DNA of 64,000 nucleotides from a virus (taxonomy: Duplodnaviria > Caudoviricetes): the IMG/VR virus record IMGVR_UViG_3300021425_002620; one strand, written 5' to 3'. Of this stretch, positions 1 through 11,300 are shown one piece after another (within the stretch, counting starts at the first letter, position 1; each line of letters starts with the position of its first letter). The position numbers were made by a program, and so were the translations under genes. The notes beneath the pieces are model-generated. The model did not search any database and was not told the origin of the DNA. It was given only the letters and a program-made list of their open reading frames with translations.

Positions 1-1798
1 CTGAAACTGCTCTTAAATTGTCATAGAATGTGTCAACTTCTAAATCTGCTGTTGCATCTACACCTGCTAATGCTTTAACTTGAGTTTCTGTGTCATTAAT
101 TGCTCCAACAACTCTAGCCCATGGTGCAGTAACACTGCCATCAGCTGAACTTAGTGCTGCACTACTATCTTCAGGATATTCAGAACTGTTAGACTCTGCA
201 AGCCCTAAGAAAGTTGCATGATAGTTAGTACCTAGTGTAATATCGTAACCAACACCTTCTAGTATGTACTCCAAGTCTCTAGTACAACGTGCTTGCGGAG
301 CGTATGCTTGCCCTAAGATAATATCGTCGATTACACCTTTTAAGTGCTTATATGCAAGAACAGTTTGTTCTGTAACTGCTAGTGTTTGATCACTTTTGCT
401 AAATCCATCGTAAAAGAAGAAACGTGCTGCGTCATGTGTAGCACTGTTACCGCCATATAATACATCATATGCAACTGCTTGTACTGCAAACAATACATCT
501 CTTTCGCACTTGGCTTCAATTTGTCCTGTGTGAGATGAAAAGTAGTTTCCAATGAAACTGTTAACTTCTTCTGTTAAAAAATCTAAGTTAGCAAGAATTG
601 CATCTTTAGCTGCAATTTGTCCTGCTGTTGCACCACTAGTTGGGTTTGTATATGTAATACCTTTTAAGAAGTTTATTTGTTCTGTTTGTGTTGCAGAACT
701 ATAGTCTACTTTAGTTGGACCATCTACACAAATTGCTTCTATCCTATCAAAATAGATATCTACTGCTGCATCACCTGTTGTATCTACACCATCTAGTGCT
801 TTAACTTCTGACCTTGTATTAGCAATAGCAGTAATAACTTCTGCAGGAAGTGTATTATCATCTTGATACTCATTTGAGTTCGCTTCTGCTAGACCTTGGA
901 ATGTAGCATTATAGTTTGTTCCTAGTGTTATGTCAAGTCCTGCACCATCTAAGAAATAGCCTACATCTCTGTGACACTTAACTGCTTCATTTTGTATAAC
1001 AGATTTTTCAATAATACTGAATCTATTTTCGCTTAGATATTTTGTAGCAGTTGGATATTGATTAAAATTACTTGCTTCTTGTGCTGGCGGCTTACCACCT
1101 AGTGCATGATCTTCTAACTGTTCACCTGCTTGATTACCAAACGGCAATGGATTAACTCTAATAATAGATTGTGTACGTCTTACTACACGGAACTGGTCGC
1201 CTTCGCCTGTGTCGCTTGTTTCCCAATAGTAACCATCAAACTTATCAAAAATACCGTATTTGTTTACGCCCGGATTACGAATCTGTGGACGCTGTTCACT
1301 TCCTAACACATCGCCTTGGTAGCTTGAACTTTTAATACCAAAGGTTGCTGCAGAAACACGTCCTGGCTGATAACGGAAAAAACGCTTGGATGTTAATATT
1401 GCAACTTCGTCTGGTGGAGCAATTACCATTGCACCTGATTCTTCTGGCAAGTGCTTAACTCCCCATCCTAAGTTGCCGCCTATTCCTGAATACTGCGGTA
1501 GTGTGTTAGACACTTCGGAATACTCTAATGGCTCCGAAGACCATTCTGTTGGGTTAACATCATATGTGTTAACATCTGCAAAAATACCTAATGCAACTTC
1601 TGATCTTGGAATACCAAGTAACGAAAGTGCAACTTCTGATTGTATTTTATTCTGTTCTACAACAGGAATAGCTGTTTGGTCTGTTGCAACAACAACTGGA
1701 ATACTCTTTGCCGCAGGTTGTGCGCCCGGAGTAACTGGTGTTGTTCGACCAACGTTTACTACTGATGTGTTATTGTTTATATTGTTCAAGCTAGACAT
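1..1798 (-). CDS. Large virion structural protein, N-terminal part (runs off the left edge)
   Basis: ATG at 1798 overlaps the upstream stop (TAATG); reads MSSLNNINNNTSVVNVGRTTP..., contains RFFRYQPGRV and CxRDxxY-type repeats typical of large T4-like phage structural proteins; no stop noticed before the edge. Confidence 0.7.
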   Translation of the reverse strand, partial: MSSLNNINNNTSVVNVGRTTPVTPGAQPAAKSIPVVVATDQTAIPVVEQNKIQSEVALSLLGIPRSEVALGIFADVNTYDVNPTEWSSEPLEYSEVSNTLPQYSGIGGNLGWGVKHLPEESGAMVIAPPDEVAILTSKRFFRYQPGRVSAATFGIKSSSYQGDVLGSEQRPQIRNPGVNKYGIFDKFDGYYWETSDTGEGDQFRVVRRTQSIIRVNPLPFGNQAGEQLEDHALGGKPPAQEASNFNQYPTATKYLSENRFSIIEKSVIQNEAVKCHRDVGYFLDGAGLDITLGTNYNATFQGLAEANSNEYQDDNTLPAEVITAIANTRSEVKALDGVDTTGDAAVDIYFDRIEAICVDGPTKVDYSSATQTEQINFLKGITYTNPTSGATAGQIAAKDAILANLDFLTEEVNSFIGNYFSSHTGQIEAKCERDVLFAVQAVAYDVLYGGNSATHDAARFFFYDGFSKSDQTLAVTEQTVLAYKHLKGVIDDIILGQAYAPQARCTRDLEYILEGVGYDITLGTNYHATFLGLAESNSSEYPEDSSAALSSADGSVTAPWARVVGAINDTETQVKALAGVDATADLEVDTFYDNLRAVS

Positions 1799-4700
1799 TA
1801 GTTAATTTTCCCTTTGACGACTACAAAATTATTTTGTATTAGTATTCTTCCTGTTGTTCCGTTTGCTACATCTGTTATATCACCAAACGTATCACCAAAA
1901 TCAATACTTACAGTCTTGTTAGTAGTATTTATTGCTGTTATCTCTCCGTCCTGTGATGCATTGGGTGGAGTTGTTGCGTGATTTTCGAGTCTGATAATTG
2001 TTCCTATAGTTAATCCAGTCAAGTCATTTACTGTTACAACAAACGGCCCTCCTGGTTGTTGATTACCTTCTGATACAATACTTGCTGTACCATTGTAAAC
2101 ATATTCTGTTGCAACAATTCTGTATACTAAACCTTGTGAATTTGGATTAGCTGCACTTAGTGATGCATAGTTTGCTCTACCAAGTAAATCATTTACTTTT
2201 GCTTGCGTAATTCTAAAAGCAAAATTACCCTGTTGCATGTCGGCTGCTGATTGTATAAATTCAGCATATGGATTACCTACAATATCTTCTGAATAATCTG
2301 TTGAAAGTTCTTCAACATTGTTAGTTTTTACTAGTTCATTTATAAACATTGTAAGACGTCCTTGATTTGCTGTAAAATCAAAGAACTGGCCATTTTCTTG
2401 GTATACATATTGTGTACTATTGTAATCTGCATTTTGTTCTATTTGAATATTAACTTGATCGTATTCTGAATTCAATACATCTGGATTTTGTATAAACTCG
2501 CCTGCTGCACCAAGTATAACGTTTGGAGTAAGAATAATTTTACTTGCGCCATATGCAAATATACCCGAACCACAGTCATCAACTACATTAGGACTTACAA
2601 TTCCTTTTTGTACTGCACCAATACTAACTGGTCCTGGAAACCCTCTAAATGTATTATGAGCTATTTTAACATTCCTACATTCGTCAAAGAATACAGGACC
2701 ATATCCCTCATATACATATGTTAGTGTTCCATTTGTTATTTCGCAATTTAAAAGTGTAAGGTCTTGTGTAATTGAAGGGTCAAAGCTGTATACTCCTCCA
2801 CCAATTACATTTTGTATTTCAACATTTTCGATCAATATATCTTGACCATACATATGAACTGCATAGTTTAGATACGGATTTGCAATGTCTGAAGCAAGGA
2901 ATTGGTTTACAAAGTTTCCATCAATTCGAAGATTCTTAAGACTTACATTTTTAAAACTGGTATAATTGTCGTCATCTAGTCTAATTATTGAGTTACTTGC
3001 TGTTGCAGTATTCATTGACCATGGAGTTTTAATTAATTGAGTTTGATCGCCTTGACCATAAAAAGTAAAATCTGATGGTAAATTAAGTTCTTTAACATAG
3101 TATGTTCTATTTTCTAGTTCAACACTGTTTCTGTTTTGTGATTTAGCTTGATTAATAGATGCTTGAAGATTTATAGTATCGTCAATAACAATGCTTGTCG
3201 AAGCTGAACTTGATACAAAACTATCATCTAGTTCAAGTTGATTGTTATCAAGGTCGATGCTAGTAATTCGTGTGTCTATCCAACCTTTTACAGGATTAGC
3301 AGGCGGAACGAGCGGAACATGTACTACTCCACTAGTTTCAGTAAATGCATTTGTAAAATCTTTGCCAGCCCAATCTACTCTATCAAAATCATAATAGTCA
3401 GTCCACTGTATGTTACTTAAATTTGCTTGAAGTTCTTTTGGACCTAATACATAAATTAATTTATGCTGTACTTCTGCACCAACTTTTCTGTAAACACAGA
3501 TTGCGTGGTTAGCACTTTGTCTACTCAATGTTAATTGCACATTGTTGTTATTGTTAAACCCGCTTAGTGCTGCACTTGGAAGATCAACAATAGCACTAAT
3601 TGTTGCTGAACTAATTTTACCTGTTGTTATGTCCATTTGTGCAATTCGATAATCAAATGGTGTTTCGTCGCCAGCATCTGGCTCTCCAAATCCAACTGCT
3701 GCTACCGCTAAAGATAGATTTGTTGTTGTTTGATCTAAAGGTGGAATAGGAAGATTATCCTCATCAAGCTCTGTTGGACTTGCATTATATAATCTTACAT
3801 ATTGATTTGCTTTAAAATAGGATATATCGTTAGCGTTAACTGTAACAATATTTGTTAATGTATCTGTTAAAGTTTGAACTTGTAATAACGCACTTGTATC
3901 AAATGTTTGATCTACGTCAATTGATCCGCTAACTAAAAGATTACCGCGAATACTTACACCACCGTCAACACTTAATGCACCAGTATCAAAGTCTAATGCA
4001 CTTTGAGTACTATTAATTTTAACATCAACACCTTGTGCAATGTTTAATAGATTCGCTGATAGTGTTGCACTTTCAATACCACCGGTTGTAAATGTAAGTG
4101 TATCTTCGTCTGCACCAGCAGATGATTCAGTGGTAATTGTAGTATCTTGGTCGGCATCTTTAACGCCTCCTAGGCTACCCCAATATGTTCCGTCAAAGCC
4201 TTCATATGCATTTAATTCTGAATTAAATCTAATACCGCCTGCAGGTATAGTTCCTCTTTCTGCTGTGGTTCCTGATGGAATAACAACTGCATTAGTTCCT
4301 AAAATACCTAAATAACCTGTACCTTTTGCATTTATAGTTACATTTGTATTATCTGAAGTTGATGATATTGTTGTACCTGAAAATGACAATCCTTTGATAC
4401 TGTTTAATTCAACAAAACTAAAGTTTCCAGAACCATCTGTAACTAGATAATCATCAGCATTACCGTCTGTAATACTTAAATCTAACAATGATGTAGGTAT
4501 AACAGGCTTATCAGTTAGGTCATTATAACTTACTGCACCTGCTTCTGGTAGTGTTCTGTATTCTAAATCTCCACCACTATTAATAGTTAGGTACTGACCT
4601 TCAACACCGTCGTTTGCGATTTTTAATTTTATTTCAGATACAAAATCATCTTGAATTTGATTAAGACCAATTGTACCACTTAATTCTAAGAAATTAGATG

Positions 4701-5193
4701 CACCACCGCCTCCGCCAGTGCCTCCTGTCATTGTTATAAACTGTAGGTTACCAGCGCCGTCTGTTGCAAGAACTTGACCTGACTGACCTTCTACAACATC
4801 CAACTCGTTAACGCCAACAGTATTTGCTCGGATTTGAGCAGTGCTTGCTGTTCCGCTTAAATCGCCTCCAACAACAGGATCTTGTAAAGGTATGTTTTGA
4901 AAACTAATTATTCCAGAGCCGTTTGTTGTTAAAACTTGTCCAGATGAACCATCTAATATTCCAAGCTCTAAAATTGTACTTGGAATAGCTGGTTTGTCGC
5001 TTAGTTCTTCGTAACTACCAGTAAATTCGGTGTCTTGAATTACAATTCTCTGTGCTTCAACTGTACCAATTGCACTAATGTTTAGTGCATTTACAATACT
5101 ACTGCCAGTTAATAAAAGATTGTCACCTTCGGGTAATTCACGAAACTGGTTTCCGTTTGTGGTGTCTACTATAATTGGATATCTATTTGCCAT
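1798..5193 (-). CDS. Virion structural / tail-fibre-like protein (1131 aa) with C-terminal parallel beta-helix region
   Basis: Gly/Thr-rich N-terminal repeats (GSSGQVLTTNGSG, GQVLATDGAGNL), IVIPSGTTAERG...GGIRFNSELNAYEGF motif, beta-helix-like NVSLKNLRIDGN / IENVEIQN segments; late box upstream at 5214-5221. Confidence 0.75.
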   Translation of the reverse strand: MANRYPIIVDTTNGNQFRELPEGDNLLLTGSSIVNALNISAIGTVEAQRIVIQDTEFTGSYEELSDKPAIPSTILELGILDGSSGQVLTTNGSGIISFQNIPLQDPVVGGDLSGTASTAQIRANTVGVNELDVVEGQSGQVLATDGAGNLQFITMTGGTGGGGGASNFLELSGTIGLNQIQDDFVSEIKLKIANDGVEGQYLTINSGGDLEYRTLPEAGAVSYNDLTDKPVIPTSLLDLSITDGNADDYLVTDGSGNFSFVELNSIKGLSFSGTTISSTSDNTNVTINAKGTGYLGILGTNAVVIPSGTTAERGTIPAGGIRFNSELNAYEGFDGTYWGSLGGVKDADQDTTITTESSAGADEDTLTFTTGGIESATLSANLLNIAQGVDVKINSTQSALDFDTGALSVDGGVSIRGNLLVSGSIDVDQTFDTSALLQVQTLTDTLTNIVTVNANDISYFKANQYVRLYNASPTELDEDNLPIPPLDQTTTNLSLAVAAVGFGEPDAGDETPFDYRIAQMDITTGKISSATISAIVDLPSAALSGFNNNNNVQLTLSRQSANHAICVYRKVGAEVQHKLIYVLGPKELQANLSNIQWTDYYDFDRVDWAGKDFTNAFTETSGVVHVPLVPPANPVKGWIDTRITSIDLDNNQLELDDSFVSSSASTSIVIDDTINLQASINQAKSQNRNSVELENRTYYVKELNLPSDFTFYGQGDQTQLIKTPWSMNTATASNSIIRLDDDNYTSFKNVSLKNLRIDGNFVNQFLASDIANPYLNYAVHMYGQDILIENVEIQNVIGGGVYSFDPSITQDLTLLNCEITNGTLTYVYEGYGPVFFDECRNVKIAHNTFRGFPGPVSIGAVQKGIVSPNVVDDCGSGIFAYGASKIILTPNVILGAAGEFIQNPDVLNSEYDQVNIQIEQNADYNSTQYVYQENGQFFDFTANQGRLTMFINELVKTNNVEELSTDYSEDIVGNPYAEFIQSAADMQQGNFAFRITQAKVNDLLGRANYASLSAANPNSQGLVYRIVATEYVYNGTASIVSEGNQQPGGPFVVTVNDLTGLTIGTIIRLENHATTPPNASQDGEITAINTTNKTVSIDFGDTFGDITDVANGTTGRILIQNNFVVVKGKIN

Positions 5194-5198
5194 TCGAA

Positions 5199-5351
5199 TT
5201 AATCCTGTTTTTTATATTTATCGGAATCCGTTACTTTAGGATTTCCGTTAATCTTTACTTGCAAACGAGGACCCCTGTTTGCAATAACTGTAGTTCGTTT
5301 ACCGTTTTCGTGTACAAAACTTTTGCCCTGTTTTCTTTTACTACTAGACAT
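5199..5351 (-). CDS. Small basic hypothetical protein (50 aa, MSSSKEKQGKSFVHENGKR...)
   Basis: Hand-translated; ATG overlaps the stop of the 3064-aa gene (TAATG) and the ORF fills the gap to the next gene. Confidence 0.55.
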   Translation of the reverse strand: MSSSKRKQGKSFVHENGKRTTVIANRGPRLQVKINGNPKVTDSDKYKKQD

Positions 5352-8300
5352 TAGACTCTACCTACTACAACTTCAACAATGCCTTTTCCGTCATCGTCTT
5401 TTGTTCCAACTGCTTTACCAATTACTCTGCCTATGCTTGGATTATTATCTACCATTGCATATCCTGGTATTGCACTTGTTACAAGCATATCACCTTTAGA
5501 AACTTTACCGATTACTTTACATGGTACACGACCTTGTAATGCAATGCCAGTAACGTGATCTCCTTCTAAATGTGAGTTCATTAAATAAGCAGGATTAGTT
5601 GTTACAACACCAGCAACACGATGGTCGCCTTTTGTATTAGTTACAGTAACTTCTGCATCACCGCCAAATACTAGTACTGTTCCTGATTCGTATTCTGCAT
5701 CACCTAAATAGTTTTCTGCCAAGTCAGCATATTGTGCTTGTGTTGCTGTACCATAGAATGTAGTAGCATACATTGCTTGGAATTTTTTACTTGCAGTGCC
5801 AACAGTATTAGTGCCGTCATTGCCTCTATTTAAAATGTTGTTAGCAATTACATCTCCGCCAATAAGTGCATCATTAGCAAACCATGCATCACCTGTTTCT
5901 TCATTAAGTATAATTTTATACGAATCAAGTGTGCCACTGCCGTTGTTACCAGTATTTGTAATTCTAATTAAATCTCCAGACGCTGCTGCTGCTGTTGTTG
6001 GATTGTTACCTGTTTTTGCACCCCAATCAGTACTTCCTTTGGATGCAATATAATATAGTGTATCAATATTGCCAGCATTGTCTGTTATTTCTGTAGCAGA
6101 TCCTACTTGGAAACCATTTGTAATTTCGATGTCGTCTACATAAAGAGTTTTGTATCTATTATCATCTGTACCAATATCGTATGTAGAATCAAGATCTGGG
6201 AATGTACCAGTACTATCAAAAGTAAATGGTATCTTAACTGTATTGTTGCTGCTGTCGCCGACTACAAATCCAATTTGGCCTTCACCGCCACCTGCTGCAC
6301 CATTACCTAGTGCAATACCAGTACTTGCTAGTCCCTTTTCTCTCGGAGTTTCAATAAAGGAAGTATACATCCAATCAGCAGCAATAAATGGACTAGTTGC
6401 TGCAATCTCTGAAGCTTCTTGAAGTGTGCTGCGAGTAAAGTTATTTGCTACTTGTACAGTTCCATCTCCGTTTCCGGTATTGTTTGCAATAAATGTATCG
6501 CCAACTTTCCAATCGCCATTAGCAGATCTTTGATCAGCTGCTGCAACACAATTATTCCAGTTGGTAGGGGTTTGACCTACATCGTCGCCTAACGAAAGGA
6601 TTTCATACATAGTACTTGCTGTTAGAGAACTAGCAGAAATTTCATTAGGATCTCCCATTTTACCAATATTAACGTTTCCAGGAATCTTAACATCGGGTCC
6701 AAATCCATCAGCAGTCATATCACCTGCTGCTGATAATATAAGTCCACCTTGTATATTGCTGAGTTTTAAACCATCAGCTGTAGTAGTTGTAAGAACTGTT
6801 GGACTAGAACCTGTTCCAATTTTATAACTGTCAGCAGTAATACCACTGTTAGTATCAGTTTTTACAACAGAGTTTTTAGCACCTGCTGTGGTAAATGGTG
6901 CAACTCGATAACTGTCGTTACCAGTACGTTCCATTATACCTGCTGTTGCATAGTCAGCTGGTGATGCTAGATCGCCATTAATATCTACTGTATTGAAGTT
7001 ATCATGTTGTAGGCCGTTGCCTTCATCAACTACTGTATCAAATGTTACTTCAGCAACATTTGCACTTGACGCTGCACTATTACCTAATACAGTATCACTA
7101 CCAATTTTTTTAATTTTATCTAAAGTAATACCGTTGTTTTTTAATTGTACATAACCTCTAGTAACTCTAAAGTTGGCAAAGTCAAATGTTGATAAACCTA
7201 GCTCTGCTTGGTTGTTTTGTCTTGTAACTGTACCCTTTGGTAATGTAGAAGTACTTATTACACGTTTTACAGTACCGGTTGTAGTAGCACCTACACCTGT
7301 TAATACTGCTACAAATGTTTGGTTAGCAACATATGTATCTCCAGTAGTTCCTGCTGCATTATTCCATTGTGTTTGTGTTGTATCACCTAGACTAACAATT
7401 TGATATGTATATCCTTGTACAATGTCTGCAATGCTTTCAGTTGGAATATCTGTTTGAACTGTTACAAAGTTATCTGCTTCTTGTAGATATAATTTAGACT
7501 GTTCAATATCAGCTGCTATATTAACATCAGCATTTACAATAACTTCTGGATTGATCTGCATGTCAAAGTATGCTGTAGGTGTATCCAATATAGTTGGAGT
7601 ACCTGCTTGATCGTCGTTTTCTAATCTACGTGTAGTTAAAGATATGTCACTTACAGGTTGTGTGCCGCCTTGGCCATCATCAACAAATGGTTCTTCTGAA
7701 ATATTAATCATTTCAGCAAACGGCCCTGTAATTACTAAACCATTACGTGTGCCACTTGTAGTGATGCCAGTTAGATTTCCGTCAACATCAAATGTTCCGT
7801 CGCCGTCATAGATCGGTGTTGGATTTTCGTCTGGTGTAACTACATTGTATGAATCTGGTCCTGCTTCAAAACTTACAACAATAACATTACCTATCGAAAT
7901 ATCCAACTTAGAATAGTTGCCTACAATTTTACCAAAGTTTTGAGATCCTGTAACATCAGTTAAATATTTTCCAATTCCAAATGTTGCATTTACACCTAGC
8001 TCACTTGTTTCTGATGAGATGTAAATTGTTTTAGTATTAGTAAATCCTAAGAACTCGTTTGTTGTAGCGCCTTCGTTTTCAACATCTCTTAGACTAGTTG
8101 CCACTGCATATTCTTGAGTTTGTAGATCAACATAGTCTCTGTTTACTGCTGTTGTTCCTGGTGTACTATTAATGTCAACTGGAGCAATGTTTTCAATGGT
8201 GTTACCATTCATTTTCAAGTTGCCTAACATCGGAACAGCACCATTCTGTGTAATCACTGATGGACCTAACGGATTTGGAACAGAATTACCAGCTTGGTCG

Positions 8301-11300
8301 TAACCTAAACGTCTACTTACATAACCACGTACTGCTGATTCTGTTGGAACAGTATCGTCAGCATTATCGCTCATTGCACTGTCTGTTGAGAATTCAGTAA
8401 CAACAACACCACGTTTAAATCCAATACCGTCAACATCTGAAAGTGCAATACTTGCCGCAAATGTAACTGTACCTGTACCTTGGTCAACTGTAAAGAATCT
8501 TCCAACTCGGAAGAAACCATCTTGGTCAGTACTTACATAGAACACACGACCTTTGTTACGTTCTTGTATTTCATTTTCTTGTAATGGTTGTGTGGAAGGG
8601 AAACCTAAAATAACATTCGGATAGTTACTTTGGTTAAACGATCCTGTACCAATATCAAGGAAGTCGTGGCCTGTTGCACGACAAGTTGAAATATCAATTG
8701 TAATTGTAGCAGGTGAACCATCTTGCAAGCCCGCACGTAGTGTAATGGTTCCTGAAAAGCCTTGTGTGAGTGGTCTAACAATACCAGTTGCCTGGTTTGT
8801 AATATTTGACTCTCTAATAATTTGTGCTGATGGAATTACAGGATCACCATTTTGATCTACCATTGCAGTCCATGAACCAGTAGCTGGATCTGGATCTGCT
8901 GGATCACCTTCCCAAACTTCTAAAGCACCAGTTGTGTTAAAGTTTACACCACTCCACTCGTATAATTTGATTTCGTCTGCTCTATTGCCTGCAATTTTAA
9001 CAACACCCCAAGCAGTTTGATTTCCTACCTGTCTAATTCTTGCTTCTGAAATCCCACCTAGATAAGATACTATTCTTGGAAATGTTGTTCTTAGAGGAAC
9101 ATCTTCGCCGTTAACATCAACTAAGTCAAACGTTAATTTAACTTCTTCAATTTCTTTAAGATCAACTACTGCAAATAAATGATTTTCGTTATATACTTTT
9201 CTTTGATCATTATATAAGTTAGTTGTATCATTAAAAACAAATTCTCTATAGTTATATACATAATGTTTCTTACCATTCCATACAATAACTTTAGGAAGCT
9301 CACCAGTAAAATCATAATTTCTACTACCGTCAGTTAACCCTGATGGTCTGTAGTTTGCATCTGTTAAGAAGTTGTTATTAATTCTCCAGATGTCTCTAAT
9401 TTCAGTTAGTTTATTAATTGCTATGCTTACATCACCTGTTGTGTTACCAAGTGTAGTTCCATTAATTGGAATTGATATTTGAGCTCCGTCAAAGTCTGCA
9501 GGTGTAAGATCAATTCTTTCTCTAGCAACATTTAATCTAATATAGTCATAGCCTGAATCAAAACCAACCAATGACTGATCAATATCTAACTCGCCGCCTG
9601 CAGAATCATTAGAACCAAAACTAATTGATCTATATGTGTATGCAAAGTCTTCTTGGAAATTAATTGCTGTACTTGGTCTAATAGTTAGATCGCCTGTACT
9701 TTCAATTTCAGAGAACGTATGTGTATTGTTTTGTCTAATTGTTAGATACTGTCCGGTTGGAATATCGGCTAGTAGACCGTCATTATCAAAAGTATCATTT
9801 GAAGTACTAAAGTTTGCCTTATACACTTGACCATTACGTAAAGGAGTATAGCCTGGAATTATATTAATATCACCAGAAATACTTAAACTTCTAATAGAAC
9901 CAGTATTAATGCCTAAGTCAAAATTTTCTCTACTTTGATTAATTCTAGTAACTGTTACTGTAGCATCGTGATTTGGTGCAGCACCGTCAGTGCCGCCTAG
10001 TTTGCTGCCTTTAATTGTAAATGTGTCGCCAACTTTATAATGTTCACCTTTTTCATTATTGAATATAGCTACATTATATTTTCCACCTTCTGCTCTTACT
10101 TTTGTAATAATAATTTGTGCTTCTGTAACTGCTGTTACTGGGTCTGTTTCGTCTATTGTTCTGTTAGCTGGATCATATTCGCCAAATGCTGTAGGCGAAC
10201 CCGATGGTCCTAAGTCAGCACAGTCAATTCTATATCCATCAACAGTAATTTCGTCTACAACTTCGATATTTGCTAGTTCATACCTTGCAATTCTATCTAA
10301 AGGTGTTGCACCATCAAAGTGATAATATTCAATTTCACCTTTGTTAGTTGGAATATGTTCTATTTCATACAAGTGTATTGCTAGTGATTCTTCTTTATTC
10401 TCATATGAAGTTGTGTCGAGTATAGCAATATCTACACCAGCTGCCGGTGTACCATTGATAATAATTTCTTCACCAACAGCATATGTTCCTGTAACATCTT
10501 TTAGGAATATCTGATTTCCTACTGTAGGGAATATTACTGTACCACTACCTGTGTTATTTGAGCAGGTAATTATATCATCAACTGCAACTGTTTGTTCTGT
10601 TGTTAATGTGAGTACAACCTGCGCACTAAATGTAACAGCACCTTGCACCATGTCATTTGTTGAAACAACATCATCTGGTACCTCGTTTGGATCACTACCT
10701 TCTGATACTAGTCCATAAACACCGTTAGCGTTTGAACCTGCTACAGAACGTATTTGTCCACCGTTACCTGCATAGTACGCTGTATGACAGTAGTATGTAA
10801 ACATAGATACCATTTCAGACAAGCCGCCGTTGATAGTAACAAGACCGTAACCTAAGTCGTTAACTTGTGTAAAGTCGTTACCTAACTGTGATCGGTTACC
10901 AGCAGTTTGTAGTGTAATATCGTATCCGTCTGGATACAATACAATGTTGGTTGGGTCTGGCTCAAATCCTAAAAACTCTGTTACATTATCTGGATTAATC
11001 TTACCTGAACGTGCATCAAGTACAAGCGTTGCAGTAGCAGGACCGTTAATACCACCTCTGTCATATTCAATAATATCATTAACCTGATATCTAATACCGT
11101 CAATATAAAACGGTGCAGGTGTTTGTGGTTTTCTAATATACAAGCCCGAATTCTTTTCTGCCTCAACTCTTAATCTAAAGTTATTAATTTTACTTGTAAC
11201 TTTCATCGGAGTGTTAGCACAGAAAGCATCAACTAACATACCACCTCTAAATGCTTGTCTGTTTAAAGTCTGAGAGAAACTTGAACCTGTTTGAATATAT

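Noticed and set aside
5262-5283. Hairpin GCAAACGAGGACCCCTGTTTGC as a terminator
   Set aside because: No U-tract on the minus strand, and it lies inside the 50-aa ORF 5199..5351.
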